This document shows, piece after piece, positions 9,342 to 17,450 of a stretch of DNA of 64,000 nt. The stretch lies in NCBI GenBank assembly GCA_947313855.1, contig CAMZNS010000026.1, forward strand, positions 2,141-66,140. Reading direction: 5' to 3'. Numbering within the stretch: position 1 is the first letter of the stretch; each line of letters opens with the position of its first letter. The stretch is from an uncultured Deferribacteraceae bacterium (GTDB taxonomy: Bacteria > Chrysiogenota > Deferribacteres > CAMZNJ01). A program made the translations under genes and the position numbers. The notes under the pieces were generated by a model. That model saw only the letters and a program-made list of their open reading frames with translations. It had not been told where the DNA came from and ran no database searches.

Positions 9342-10631
9342 TTAGTAGCCGCTAATGGTTCCTTTTGAGTTGTTGGCGTTGTTGTTGGCGTTGTTGTTGG
9401 CGTTATCGTTATCGTTATCGTTATCGTTTTGGTTGTGTTCGTGGTTATCCACAGCGGTTTGCATTTCTAGGAGTAGTTCGTCGACTCCTTGTCGTGTCAT
9501 GGATGAGATGCAGAACACTTTTTTGCCGAGTTTTGCCATGTGGGTTTTGAAGCGTTCCAGTTCAGCGGTGTGAGCGGCTTCCACTTTGGTGGCAACGATA
9601 ATCTCTTGTTTGTGTAGTACGTTAAAGGTTTCGGAGTCTTTGGTGTCGGCAAAGTTTTGCATGAATTCTGATGCTTGTGTTGGTGTTTCGGCGTTGTCGG
9701 TTGCGTCAGGGTTGTCGGCGTTGTCGGTTATGGTTGCCGTGGGTTTGGATTTTGCTTCTTGGTAGAGTTCCAGTTCTTTGCGGATAAGGTTGTATCGGTC
9801 GATCATGGAGAGGGATGTCATGAGTGCGAGTTCGGGGGTTTGGTTGCCGTCTTCGCCGTCGTACTCACCGTCTTCGTCAACGTGAACAGAGGCGTCGATG
9901 AAGTGTGTGAGAACTTTGGTACGTTCGATATGTTTGAGGAATCGTTGTCCGAGTCCAACGCCTTTGTGAGCCCCTTCGATGAGTCCGGGCATATCGGCGA
10001 TGACGTAAGGTTGTCCGTAAACGGATTTGATAACGCCGAGGTTGGGTGTGAGTGTTGTGAAGGGGTAGTCGGCGACTTTTGGGTTGGCTGCGGATATGGT
10101 TTTGATGAAAGTGGATTTGCCGGCATTGGGCATACCGATAACGCCTACGTCGGCGATGATTTTGAGGTTTAGTTCGATTTCGAGTGTGGTTCCGGGGGTT
10201 CCGTTTTCGGCTTGTTTGGGGGCACGGTTAGACGATGATGTGAAGGATTTGTTGCCACGTCCCCCCTCGCCCCCTTTGAGGATAACGTACTTGCGTCCCT
10301 CTTCGGTAATATCCGCAATAATTTTGCCACTTTTGGCATCGACTAAGGAGGTGCCTAGGGGTAAGTCGATGAGTAGGTCGTTGCCGTTGCCACCGGCTTT
10401 GTCTTTGCTTTGTCCGTTGTATCCGTTGGCGGCTTTGTATCGTCGGTTGATGCGAAAGTCCATGAGGGTGTGTTTGTTGGTTACGCCTCGAACGACGATG
10501 TTCCCGCCGTTTCCGCCGTTTCCGCCACTTGGTCCTCCAAACGGTACAAACTTCTCTTTTCTAAAGGCAACGCAACCGTTCCCGCCGTCACCTGAAATAA
10601 GTGTTACCTTGGCAACATCGATAAACTTCAT
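9342..10631 (-). CDS. obg: GTPase Obg/CgtA with a C-terminal N/D-rich low-complexity tail.
   Basis: The Obg fold MKFIDVAKVTLISGDGGNGCVAFRKEKFVPFGGPSGGNGG and the G-domain GMPNAGKST. The start is placed at 10631 (ATG with an AGGA Shine-Dalgarno). The raw ORF extends upstream to 10673. Confidence 0.92.
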   Translation of the reverse strand: MKFIDVAKVTLISGDGGNGCVAFRKEKFVPFGGPSGGNGGNGGNIVVRGVTNKHTLMDFRINRRYKAANGYNGQSKDKAGGNGNDLLIDLPLGTSLVDAKSGKIIADITEEGRKYVILKGGEGGRGNKSFTSSSNRAPKQAENGTPGTTLEIELNLKIIADVGVIGMPNAGKSTFIKTISAANPKVADYPFTTLTPNLGVIKSVYGQPYVIADMPGLIEGAHKGVGLGQRFLKHIERTKVLTHFIDASVHVDEDGEYDGEDGNQTPELALMTSLSMIDRYNLIRKELELYQEAKSKPTATITDNADNPDATDNAETPTQASEFMQNFADTKDSETFNVLHKQEIIVATKVEAAHTAELERFKTHMAKLGKKVFCISSMTRQGVDELLLEMQTAVDNHEHNQNDNDNDNDNANNNANNNANNSKGTISGY

Positions 10632-10652
10632 ATAAATAGTCCTATTGTTTGT

Positions 10653-10736
10653 CATTAGTTTTGCTACGATCATTGTAACACTAATACTGCTTTTTTGGCA
10701 TTAGTTTTACTACGACCATTGTAACACTAATATTGC
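10653..10736. repeat. Two copies of an imperfect 38-bp direct repeat (CATTAGTTTTRCTACGAYCATTGTAACACTAATAYTGC) upstream of obg. A (GTGCGTG)n tract follows at 10771-10809.
   Basis: Both copies were read directly. The repeat could be a regulatory or terminator element between the ccoH-like stop and the obg start. Confidence 0.8.
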
Positions 10737-10827
10737 ATTTAGGCAAAAGGCAAAAATCGCAATGGGGTAGATGATGCGTGATGCGTGGTGCGTGGTGCGT
10801 GGTGCGTGGGTTTCGTGATTCGGCTAT

Positions 10828-11616
10828 CTACAGAAGCTGCTCAATGGCTGTGTGTGGGGCTTTGTACGCGTTCATCTCTTGAACAACGCTGAATGCTCCG
10901 AAACAGATGAGGATGAAAACAACAGCGTAAATAAAGAGGAAAGTGAAGTTTCGTTCCCGTTGAAACATTTTGCGGAAAAAACCGACCATGAGGGCAAAGC
11001 TAATGAGCAGACCGATTAGTATGGGGTTGCTGAAGGGGTCGTTAATGCTTCGAACAGTGTAGAGGAGGTGTGGTTCGCCGTTGTCTTCGAAGTATATTCG
11101 GTATGTGCCCGTGGTTTTTGCTGTAAAGCGGAGTCTGTCGGTGGTGACGGTGTTGTCGTTGGTGTTAGGGTTGTTGGGTGGTGTGGGGCTGGAGATGCGG
11201 AACAGAATACCGTTTGAGCCTGCCCTGTTCCCATCGATATCGCCGTTGTTGACACTATTTGAGGTGCCAACAGGGGGGTAGACCACGTAATGACGGGTTG
11301 TTGGTGGGTTTGTGGTGTCAGAGTTGTTGTGTTGGAGCGAGACAAGAACGGTAACTTGGTTCTTTTTGCCAACAAAATAGGTGGGCGTTGTTTCCACCTT
11401 GTAAATACTGCTGGTGCTACTTTCTAGGGGGATGTTCACGTTAGTTTTCGTGTACAGAAATAGGTTCCATGAGCCGACAACAGCAACAGCCATCAGTGGC
11501 AGGAGGATGCTAGGGCGTAGAAACCATGGTGTGGGGATGAGGTCGTCGGCGTTGTTGCTAGTGTTGTTGCTAGTGTTGTGGTGTCTGTTTCGACGTGCAA
11601 AAAGTTTGCTTCCCAT
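10828..11616 (-). CDS. Membrane protein with one N-terminal TM helix, a periplasmic domain with FixH/CcoH-like C-terminal motifs, and two C-terminal TM helices.
   Basis: The start is placed at MGSKLF (11616), directly after the ccoS stop. The segment DRLRFTAKTTGTYRIYFEDNGEPHLLYTV resembles the FixH beta-sandwich pattern D..L.F....G.Y.....G.W.L. The hydropathy layout is TM-periplasm-TM-TM. Confidence 0.35.
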   Translation of the reverse strand: MGSKLFARRNRHHNTSNNTSNNADDLIPTPWFLRPSILLPLMAVAVVGSWNLFLYTKTNVNIPLESSTSSIYKVETTPTYFVGKKNQVTVLVSLQHNNSDTTNPPTTRHYVVYPPVGTSNSVNNGDIDGNRAGSNGILFRISSPTPPNNPNTNDNTVTTDRLRFTAKTTGTYRIYFEDNGEPHLLYTVRSINDPFSNPILIGLLISFALMVGFFRKMFQRERNFTFLFIYAVVFILICFGAFSVVQEMNAYKAPHTAIEQLL

Positions 11617-11629
11617 GGGAACACCTCGC

Positions 11630-11890
11630 TTATTTGGCGTTGTTGTCTTCAGGCGTGTGGTTCTGTTTGCTGTTGCGGTTCTGTTTTTGATCAAGTCGGT
11701 CTTGTCTAATTTGCTGTAGTTGTTGTTGTGGTATTTCGGGTGTTTCATCGGGATCATCGTCGAGCATGCGGTATTTTGGTCCTTCAACATCTTCGAACCA
11801 GCCGCCTCGAATGGCTTTGATGAAGAGGAGCAGTGCTATTGTGCCTAATACTAGGGATGCGGGCATGAGCATGAGTAGTGAAGGGAGCAT
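11630..11890 (-). CDS. ccoS: cbb3-type cytochrome oxidase maturation protein CcoS/FixS with a C-terminal polar extension.
   Basis: One TM helix followed by LLFIKAIRGGWFEDVEGPKYRMLDDD, which matches the FixS signature WA..SGQFDDLE...R.L.DD. It lies immediately downstream of ccoI. Confidence 0.6.
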   Translation of the reverse strand: MLPSLLMLMPASLVLGTIALLLFIKAIRGGWFEDVEGPKYRMLDDDPDETPEIPQQQLQQIRQDRLDQKQNRNSKQNHTPEDNNAK

Positions 11891-11907
11891 AGGTTACCTC
11901 AGGAGTG

Positions 11908-14886
11908 TTAGTTTGGGTTGTCGAGTTTTTGTTTTTTGAGTCGTAGTATTCGTAGTGAATTGCCGGCGACAAAAGAGGATGAGAGTGTCATGGCTATTAC
12001 GGATACAATGGGGTGCAGTACCCCCATCATTGCTAGTGGTATTGCGAGTATGTTGTAGATGAACGCCCAAAATATGTTTTGTTTGATAATTCTATCAGTT
12101 TTTTTTGAAAGTTTTAAGTAGAATATGAGGTTTTCCCAGTGATTTCTGCCGAGGATAACTTGTGCTGCTACTTTTGAGATATCTGCCCCCCCTTGTGGTG
12201 CGAAAGAGATGTCTGCTTCGGCGATTGCGGGTGCGTCGTTGATACCGTCGCCAATCATAGCGATTGTGTTGTTGTTTCGATGTTGTTGTATGAGTTGAGC
12301 CTTCCCTTGCGGAGAGACGTCGCCATGTACGTCGTTGATGCCCACGGCTTTGGCGATGGCATTTGCTGTTGTTGAGTTATCGCCTGTTGCCATAATTGTG
12401 TTGATGCCTGTTTTGGAGCCGATGTTCATTGTGTTGAGCATGTGGATGGCATTTTTGGCATGTGGGTGTATCTGGTCGTTGAGCACGAATATGGCGACGA
12501 TTGTGCCTTGTGGTACGGTGCCGTGATTGTTGTGTGTGTTGTTGGTTTGGAGCATGTAGAACACGGTGTTGCCTTGGAGTCGTTCTTCGGCGATTTCGTT
12601 TTGTAGATTGATCCAGTGGCGTTGAGTTAGGTTGTTTGGGACATTGTTTTGTGGGTTGGTGAAGTTTTCGTTACCGATGCGAAATAGTGTGCCGTTGTAT
12701 TCCCCTTCGACCCCTGTGCCGGTGTGTATTTTGCAGTTGGTTACGGGAACAATGGAGAAGTTGTGGTTGTTGCCCCCATTGCTATCGTCATCGCCATTGC
12801 CACTATGTTCAAACGCTTTTGCGAAGGGGTGTTTGCTCCTTGCTTGGATGGAGGCACAGATGCTGATTACCCGTTCGGTTTCGTTGTTGAAGGTTTCGTT
12901 GTTGTGGTTGTTGGTTTGGGTTGTGAGAGTGATTACGCGTTTTAGGACAGGGTATCCCCTTGTGATGGTTCCTGTTTTGTCGATGAGGATCGTGTTAATT
13001 TTGTGTGCGAGGGGTAGTTTGTCCATCTCTTTGATGATTATCCCTTGGCTGATTCCGCGACTAGAAGCACACGACATGGCGATGGGTATTGCGATTCCCA
13101 TGGCACAGGGGCATGCGATGAGTAGTGTTGCCATGAATGCTTCTACGCCAAACATGTAGCCATGGTTGAGTAGTATTCCGTGTAGGGGTATGTTTGCGAA
13201 AGCGAGGATTAGTGTTGTTGGCACGAAATATTGCAGTGCTTTGTCTAGGGTGGTTTGCAGTTGTGTACGATTCTCTTGTGCGGCTTCGACAACGGCGATG
13301 ATGTTTGCTAGGGCGGTGTTTGCGAATAGTTCTGTTGCTTCGACGATGATGTTTCCGAATCCGTTGATGCTCCCCACACGCACTTCACTCCCTTCGTATT
13401 TTGCGATGAGGTGTGGTTCACCAGTGAGGAAGCTTTCGTTGACTTCGGTTTCGCCCCAAACAATCACACCGTCCACGGGTATTTTTTCACCGCTACGCAC
13501 AAAGATGTTGTTTCCGATGGCGATGTTGTCAAGGGGTACAACGCGGTGTGGGTGTTCGGTGTTGTGTTCGGTGTTGTGTTCGGTGTTATTGCTATTGGCA
13601 CGGTAATCGTAGTTGCTACTCATGAGTCGAGCATGTTGAGGCATTAGTTCGCTGACCTGTTCCAGCTGTTCCAGAGCCTTGTTTTTGGAGTACAGCTCCA
13701 CAATTCGTCCTAGTAGCACAAAGGTAACAATCATGGCAGTTGTTTCGAGGTACTGTTCTTTGTTGTTGATGAGGGCGTAAATGCTGTGGATGTAGGCACT
13801 TCCGGCACCGAACGCAATGAGGACGTCCATGTTGAACTGCAATCGACGCAATCCACGCCAACCGCGGGAGAAAAATGGTGCTGCACTGTAAAATATAATG
13901 GGGGTGGTGAGCAGAATACCCATGGTTTTCATAATAAGTTTGGTGGTGGCATCCATGCTCCCTGTGAAGGAGTCGGAGTAGAGGGCGATGGTGACAATCA
14001 TCACCTGCATACTAAGGAACGCACTAATACCGAAGCGGATGAGGAGTTGCTTCATTTCAGACTGTCGACTTGTGCGTGCTTGGGAGTTGTCAAACGGTCG
14101 TGGGAGGTAGCCGAGGCTCAGGAAGGCGTTGAGTGCTTGTTGCAGAACAGCATTCTTGCTACGGGGATGGTTAGCGTCTGTGTTAGCGTTAGCGTTTACG
14201 TCTGTGTTAGCGTTTACGTTTACGTTTACGTTTACGCTGTCGTCGTGCCACTTGAGGCGACACTTGTGGTTGGAGTAATTAATATGCACACTGTCAACAC
14301 CATGGGTGCGACCAACATAATGCTCCAAAAGCCACACACACGACGGACAACGAACACCCTCAATGTACAGGGTAATCTCGTGGGAGTTATCTTTGCTGAC
14401 AACAATCTCTTCGAAAGCCTCAATATCCACCTGACTCGGTAGGGTGAGCAAGCCGTGGTCATGGTCACCTTTGCCAAAGTCCCTGTCTTGGTAGTACTTC
14501 ATCAGGTTGGTGTTGTTGATGATGTTGTAGATGTTGAGGCATCCGGAGCAACAGAATATTGCTGATTCAATTTCGCAGGCGTCGTTTACGTTGCCCACGT
14601 CCCCCGCGTTGCCCACGTCCCCCGCGTTGCCCACGTTGCCCACGTCCCCCGCGTTGCCCACGTTGCCCACGTCCCCCGCGTTGCCCACGTTGCCCACGTC
14701 CCCCGCGTTGCCCACGTCCCCCACGTTGCCCACGTCCCCCACGTTGCCCACGTCCCCCACGTTGTGGCGTGATGGTGCACCCGTTGCAGCGGTCTCAGGG
14801 TAGACGGCACGTTTGGGATTAACATACCCTTGGCAGTGTGTACAGCGTCGATGGGTGTTCCCCTTGGAGGTACTTCTCTTCCTCAA
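11908..14886 (-). CDS. ccoI: Copper-translocating P1B-type ATPase of the CcoI/FixI type.
   Basis: The CPC motif ACPCAMGIAIP, the phosphorylation site DKTGTIT, GDGINDAPA, and an N-terminal CxxC metal-binding region (CTHCQGY, GVRCPSC). The N-terminus carries about 12 copies of VGDVGN, encoded by a 9/18-bp tandem repeat at roughly 14570-14775. There are extra NVN/NTEH repeat insertions. Confidence 0.85.
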   Translation of the reverse strand: MRKRSTSKGNTHRRCTHCQGYVNPKRAVYPETAATGAPSRHNVGDVGNVGDVGNVGDVGNAGDVGNVGNAGDVGNVGNAGDVGNVGNAGDVGNAGDVGNVNDACEIESAIFCCSGCLNIYNIINNTNLMKYYQDRDFGKGDHDHGLLTLPSQVDIEAFEEIVVSKDNSHEITLYIEGVRCPSCVWLLEHYVGRTHGVDSVHINYSNHKCRLKWHDDSVNVNVNVNANTDVNANANTDANHPRSKNAVLQQALNAFLSLGYLPRPFDNSQARTSRQSEMKQLLIRFGISAFLSMQVMIVTIALYSDSFTGSMDATTKLIMKTMGILLTTPIIFYSAAPFFSRGWRGLRRLQFNMDVLIAFGAGSAYIHSIYALINNKEQYLETTAMIVTFVLLGRIVELYSKNKALEQLEQVSELMPQHARLMSSNYDYRANSNNTEHNTEHNTEHPHRVVPLDNIAIGNNIFVRSGEKIPVDGVIVWGETEVNESFLTGEPHLIAKYEGSEVRVGSINGFGNIIVEATELFANTALANIIAVVEAAQENRTQLQTTLDKALQYFVPTTLILAFANIPLHGILLNHGYMFGVEAFMATLLIACPCAMGIAIPIAMSCASSRGISQGIIIKEMDKLPLAHKINTILIDKTGTITRGYPVLKRVITLTTQTNNHNNETFNNETERVISICASIQARSKHPFAKAFEHSGNGDDDSNGGNNHNFSIVPVTNCKIHTGTGVEGEYNGTLFRIGNENFTNPQNNVPNNLTQRHWINLQNEIAEERLQGNTVFYMLQTNNTHNNHGTVPQGTIVAIFVLNDQIHPHAKNAIHMLNTMNIGSKTGINTIMATGDNSTTANAIAKAVGINDVHGDVSPQGKAQLIQQHRNNNTIAMIGDGINDAPAIAEADISFAPQGGADISKVAAQVILGRNHWENLIFYLKLSKKTDRIIKQNIFWAFIYNILAIPLAMMGVLHPIVSVIAMTLSSSFVAGNSLRILRLKKQKLDNPN

Positions 14887-15614
14887 AAAAGCACTCCCCG
14901 CAGAAAATACACACCTGTGGCAAGTAGCAGTAGTGGTGCGATAAAATGTAGTCGGCTAAAGAGGGTGGTGTTGAGTAGTCCCCCTGCTGAGCCTGCCAGC
15001 ACTAGGCTAGCAGTTGTTCCTAAGGCGAATGCACCTGCAAACCCTGCTCCCATTAAATATGCGGTGCCGATATTTGTGGCGTACAATCCGGCGTAAGTTG
15101 CTGCTGTGAGGTATGCTGTGTAGCTCATTCCGCACGGTATGAGTCCGTAGAGCAAGCCCACACTTACCATAACAGTACGGGGGTGTACCCCTTGCAGCTT
15201 GGACATTGCGTTCCCGAGTGCACGCTCAAGTGCGTTGATGCGAAAAAGTTGTGGCAGGAGGAGTTGCAGTAGAGCCATGGTGATGAGTAGGGTGGCGAGG
15301 AGTGGTTTGGTGTATTCGCGTAAGGGTACCGACTGAAGTATGCTGAACGACAAAAAAGACAGGGTGGCAAGTAGTGCACCCATGAGGGCGTAAGAGAGGA
15401 TGCGAAAGAGGTGTAGGGTGAGCATGTTCCCCATACCGCTGCGGGTGGCGAAACTGCCACCAAGGCGACCGAGGTAGGCACTGAGTGTACCGCACATGAG
15501 TATGCAGTGGGAGAAGCTAGACACAACGCCAAGGGTCAGGGCGATGGTTAGTACCAGCCAAGGTTGGTCGATGTATCCGGCAATGTTGTCCATAGGTGGT
15601 GGTGTATGTTTCAT
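14883..15614 (-). CDS. DsbD_2/CcdA-like polytopic membrane protein with intramembrane Cys motifs. It sits where ccoH would be in a ccoGHIS operon.
   Basis: About seven TM segments. The motifs SFSHCILMCG and GLIPCGMSY are typical of thiol/metal-handling DsbD_2-family proteins. The start is placed at MKHTPPP (15614). The raw ORF extends to 15707. Confidence 0.4.
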   Translation of the reverse strand: MKHTPPPMDNIAGYIDQPWLVLTIALTLGVVSSFSHCILMCGTLSAYLGRLGGSFATRSGMGNMLTLHLFRILSYALMGALLATLSFLSFSILQSVPLREYTKPLLATLLITMALLQLLLPQLFRINALERALGNAMSKLQGVHPRTVMVSVGLLYGLIPCGMSYTAYLTAATYAGLYATNIGTAYLMGAGFAGAFALGTTASLVLAGSAGGLLNTTLFSRLHFIAPLLLLATGVYFLRGVLF

Positions 15615-15805
15615 GTTAGGCGTCCCCAGTTTAGTGTTTTTGCGTGTACTTTTTGCTGATAGGTGTATCTTTGGGTTAGGCGACAGAGACCTCTGAAACA
15701 TAAACACTCAGGACGATGCCACCCATGGTAATGGCAAATATGATCAGGAAGACGGTGGTGAATAGGGCGATAACTGCCCAAGGTTTGCGTTCGAGGTAGT
15801 TAAAT

Positions 15806-16975
15806 TTAAGGGAGGAAAATATTTTTAGTTTGTTCATGGGTGTACTCCTTGGTTTTGATGGCGTAGGTGGTGAAAGTTATTTCGGAGTAGTGTCGGTAGA
15901 TGGATGGTGGTATGCGGAGCTCGAATGGGAACACGGAGACACCGCCGGATGGCACAATGTAGACAGGGGACTGAATATTGATGTCGTCTAGGGGTGTGCG
16001 TACGATAAGGTAGAAGGATTCGTCAGACTCTCGCTTATTTTCTATGGAGATGCGGTAATTGTTGACAAGGATGTCGCCATCGTAGTAGGAGAAGTTGGCA
16101 TTTCGAATGGAGGGTAGGTAGTCGACTTTGAAAGGTGTCCAGGTGAGTGATAGGGTGATGATAACGCCTGTGAGCACTGTTATGACGACGAGTAGGGCGA
16201 TTGAGGGTAGCTGTGTGAAGGATTTGCGACTAATGCTGAAGTGGAACAGGGTGGGTTTTTTGAGGCGTTGCAAAATATTTTCGCAGGCGACGATGCAGTT
16301 GCCACAGTTGATGCAGTCGGGTGAGTCCCCCTCTTTGAGGTCGATATCCATGGGGCAGGCGTAGACGCACTTACTGCACCGAATGCAGTCCACATCGCGA
16401 TTAAATTGGTAGGTGGCGGTCATGGTGTGTGGTGATTGCATGATGAGCATGAATTTTGCGTAGGGGCATGCAACTTTGCAAAATCGTCTGTCAGCGAGTG
16501 CGATGGCGGAGATGATGGCGTAGGCGACGATGATCCCTTTGATGTTGTTTGCTTGCAGGTCGAGGTTGATGATATTTTGCAAGATATCGCTTGGTGGTGA
16601 GAAGTATGAGACAAGTCCGAAGGCACCTATGGCGGTTCCGATTAGCATTACGAGGGTGCCGGCAACGGGGTTATTTTTGGTGTATTTTTTGACCCATTTT
16701 CGGAGATTGAGGGTGATGGTTTGTGGGCATGAGAAGGCACAGAACACTCTCCCGAGGGTAACGGACACCCATAGGAATATTAAGATGATGATGATTAGTC
16801 CGAGGGCGATAAATATTCCGTCGGTGAACCAGATGGATATTCCGAGGAAGTGTAGTTTGAGGTTGGGGAAGTCGAGGAACAGTATGGGGTAGTTGTTTAT
16901 CTTGATATAGGGTGCTATGAAGAAGATTAAGACGGTGAGGGATGTAATAATATTGCGAAAGTGGATGAATCTCAT
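15806..16975 (-). CDS. ccoG: cbb3 oxidase accessory 4Fe-4S ferredoxin-type membrane protein CcoG/FixG.
   Basis: Two ferredoxin CxxCxxCxxxCP motifs (CIRCSKCVYACPMD and CINCGNCIVACE), N-terminal TM helices and the FixG layout. The start is placed at MRFIHF (16975). Confidence 0.8.
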   Translation of the reverse strand: MRFIHFRNIITSLTVLIFFIAPYIKINNYPILFLDFPNLKLHFLGISIWFTDGIFIALGLIIIILIFLWVSVTLGRVFCAFSCPQTITLNLRKWVKKYTKNNPVAGTLVMLIGTAIGAFGLVSYFSPPSDILQNIINLDLQANNIKGIIVAYAIISAIALADRRFCKVACPYAKFMLIMQSPHTMTATYQFNRDVDCIRCSKCVYACPMDIDLKEGDSPDCINCGNCIVACENILQRLKKPTLFHFSISRKSFTQLPSIALLVVITVLTGVIITLSLTWTPFKVDYLPSIRNANFSYYDGDILVNNYRISIENKRESDESFYLIVRTPLDDINIQSPVYIVPSGGVSVFPFELRIPPSIYRHYSEITFTTYAIKTKEYTHEQTKNIFLP

Positions 16976-16985
16976 TTTAAAATAC

Positions 16986-17195
16986 CTATTTCGATGTTTT
17001 GGAGCTACCATTTTGCTCTTTAAGGGAATCGATCATATCGTCGTCTTCGTCAAAAATTGTGTATTTGGCTTGTTCCACGTGTTCTTTATTTTTTGGTCTG
17101 AAGTAGTGAAACATTAGCAAAACCATGACAACGCCAAGGGTTACAACAAGGGTGATGTAGAGCAGTCCGTCAAATCCTAGGGTAGTGTTATCCAT
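16986..17195 (-). CDS. Small single-TM protein resembling CcoQ/FixQ.
   Basis: The 69-aa product MDNTTLGFDGLLYITLVVTLGVVMVLLMFHYFRPKNKEHVEQAKYTIFDEDDD fits the FixQ pattern of one TM followed by W/F..FRP.....F..A. A strong Shine-Dalgarno AAAGGAG lies 8 nt upstream of the ATG at 17195. It is the first gene of the ccoG operon. Confidence 0.4.
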   Translation of the reverse strand: MDNTTLGFDGLLYITLVVTLGVVMVLLMFHYFRPKNKEHVEQAKYTIFDEDDDMIDSLKEQNGSSKTSK

Positions 17196-17377
17196 TTTAT
17201 AGCTCCTTTGTGTGCGGTTTGTGCACTTTAGCATAGCCACCGATTGCTGACGTTTACTAAAACAATTGTTTACTAATAATACCTTGAATGGTGTCAATAG
17301 TCAACTACAAAGATACTGCCACAACCTAGACTGCTGCTTCGGTTGCTGTTTAAGTTGTGGCGGGGTGTGTTAAAAAG

Positions 17378-17407
17378 TTGCCAAAAAGTGTTTATTTGGT
17401 GTAAAAT
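17378..17407 (+). promoter_or_regulatory. Candidate sigma70-type promoter for metG: TTGCCA, an 18-nt spacer, then TAAAAT.
   Basis: The hexamers were read in the AT-rich divergent intergenic region 40-70 nt upstream of the metG start. There is no experimental support. Confidence 0.3.
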
Positions 17408-17450
17408 ATACGGGATTGATAAAATATGAGATATTAATAAATATTACGGG

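Noticed and set aside
9443-9465. A perfect DnaA-box-like TTATCCACA inside the obg coding sequence.
   Set aside because: It is a single isolated 9-mer within a coding region, with no cluster and no AT-rich unwinding element, so it is most likely chance. Near-matches such as TGTGGATTA upstream of recA are also solitary.
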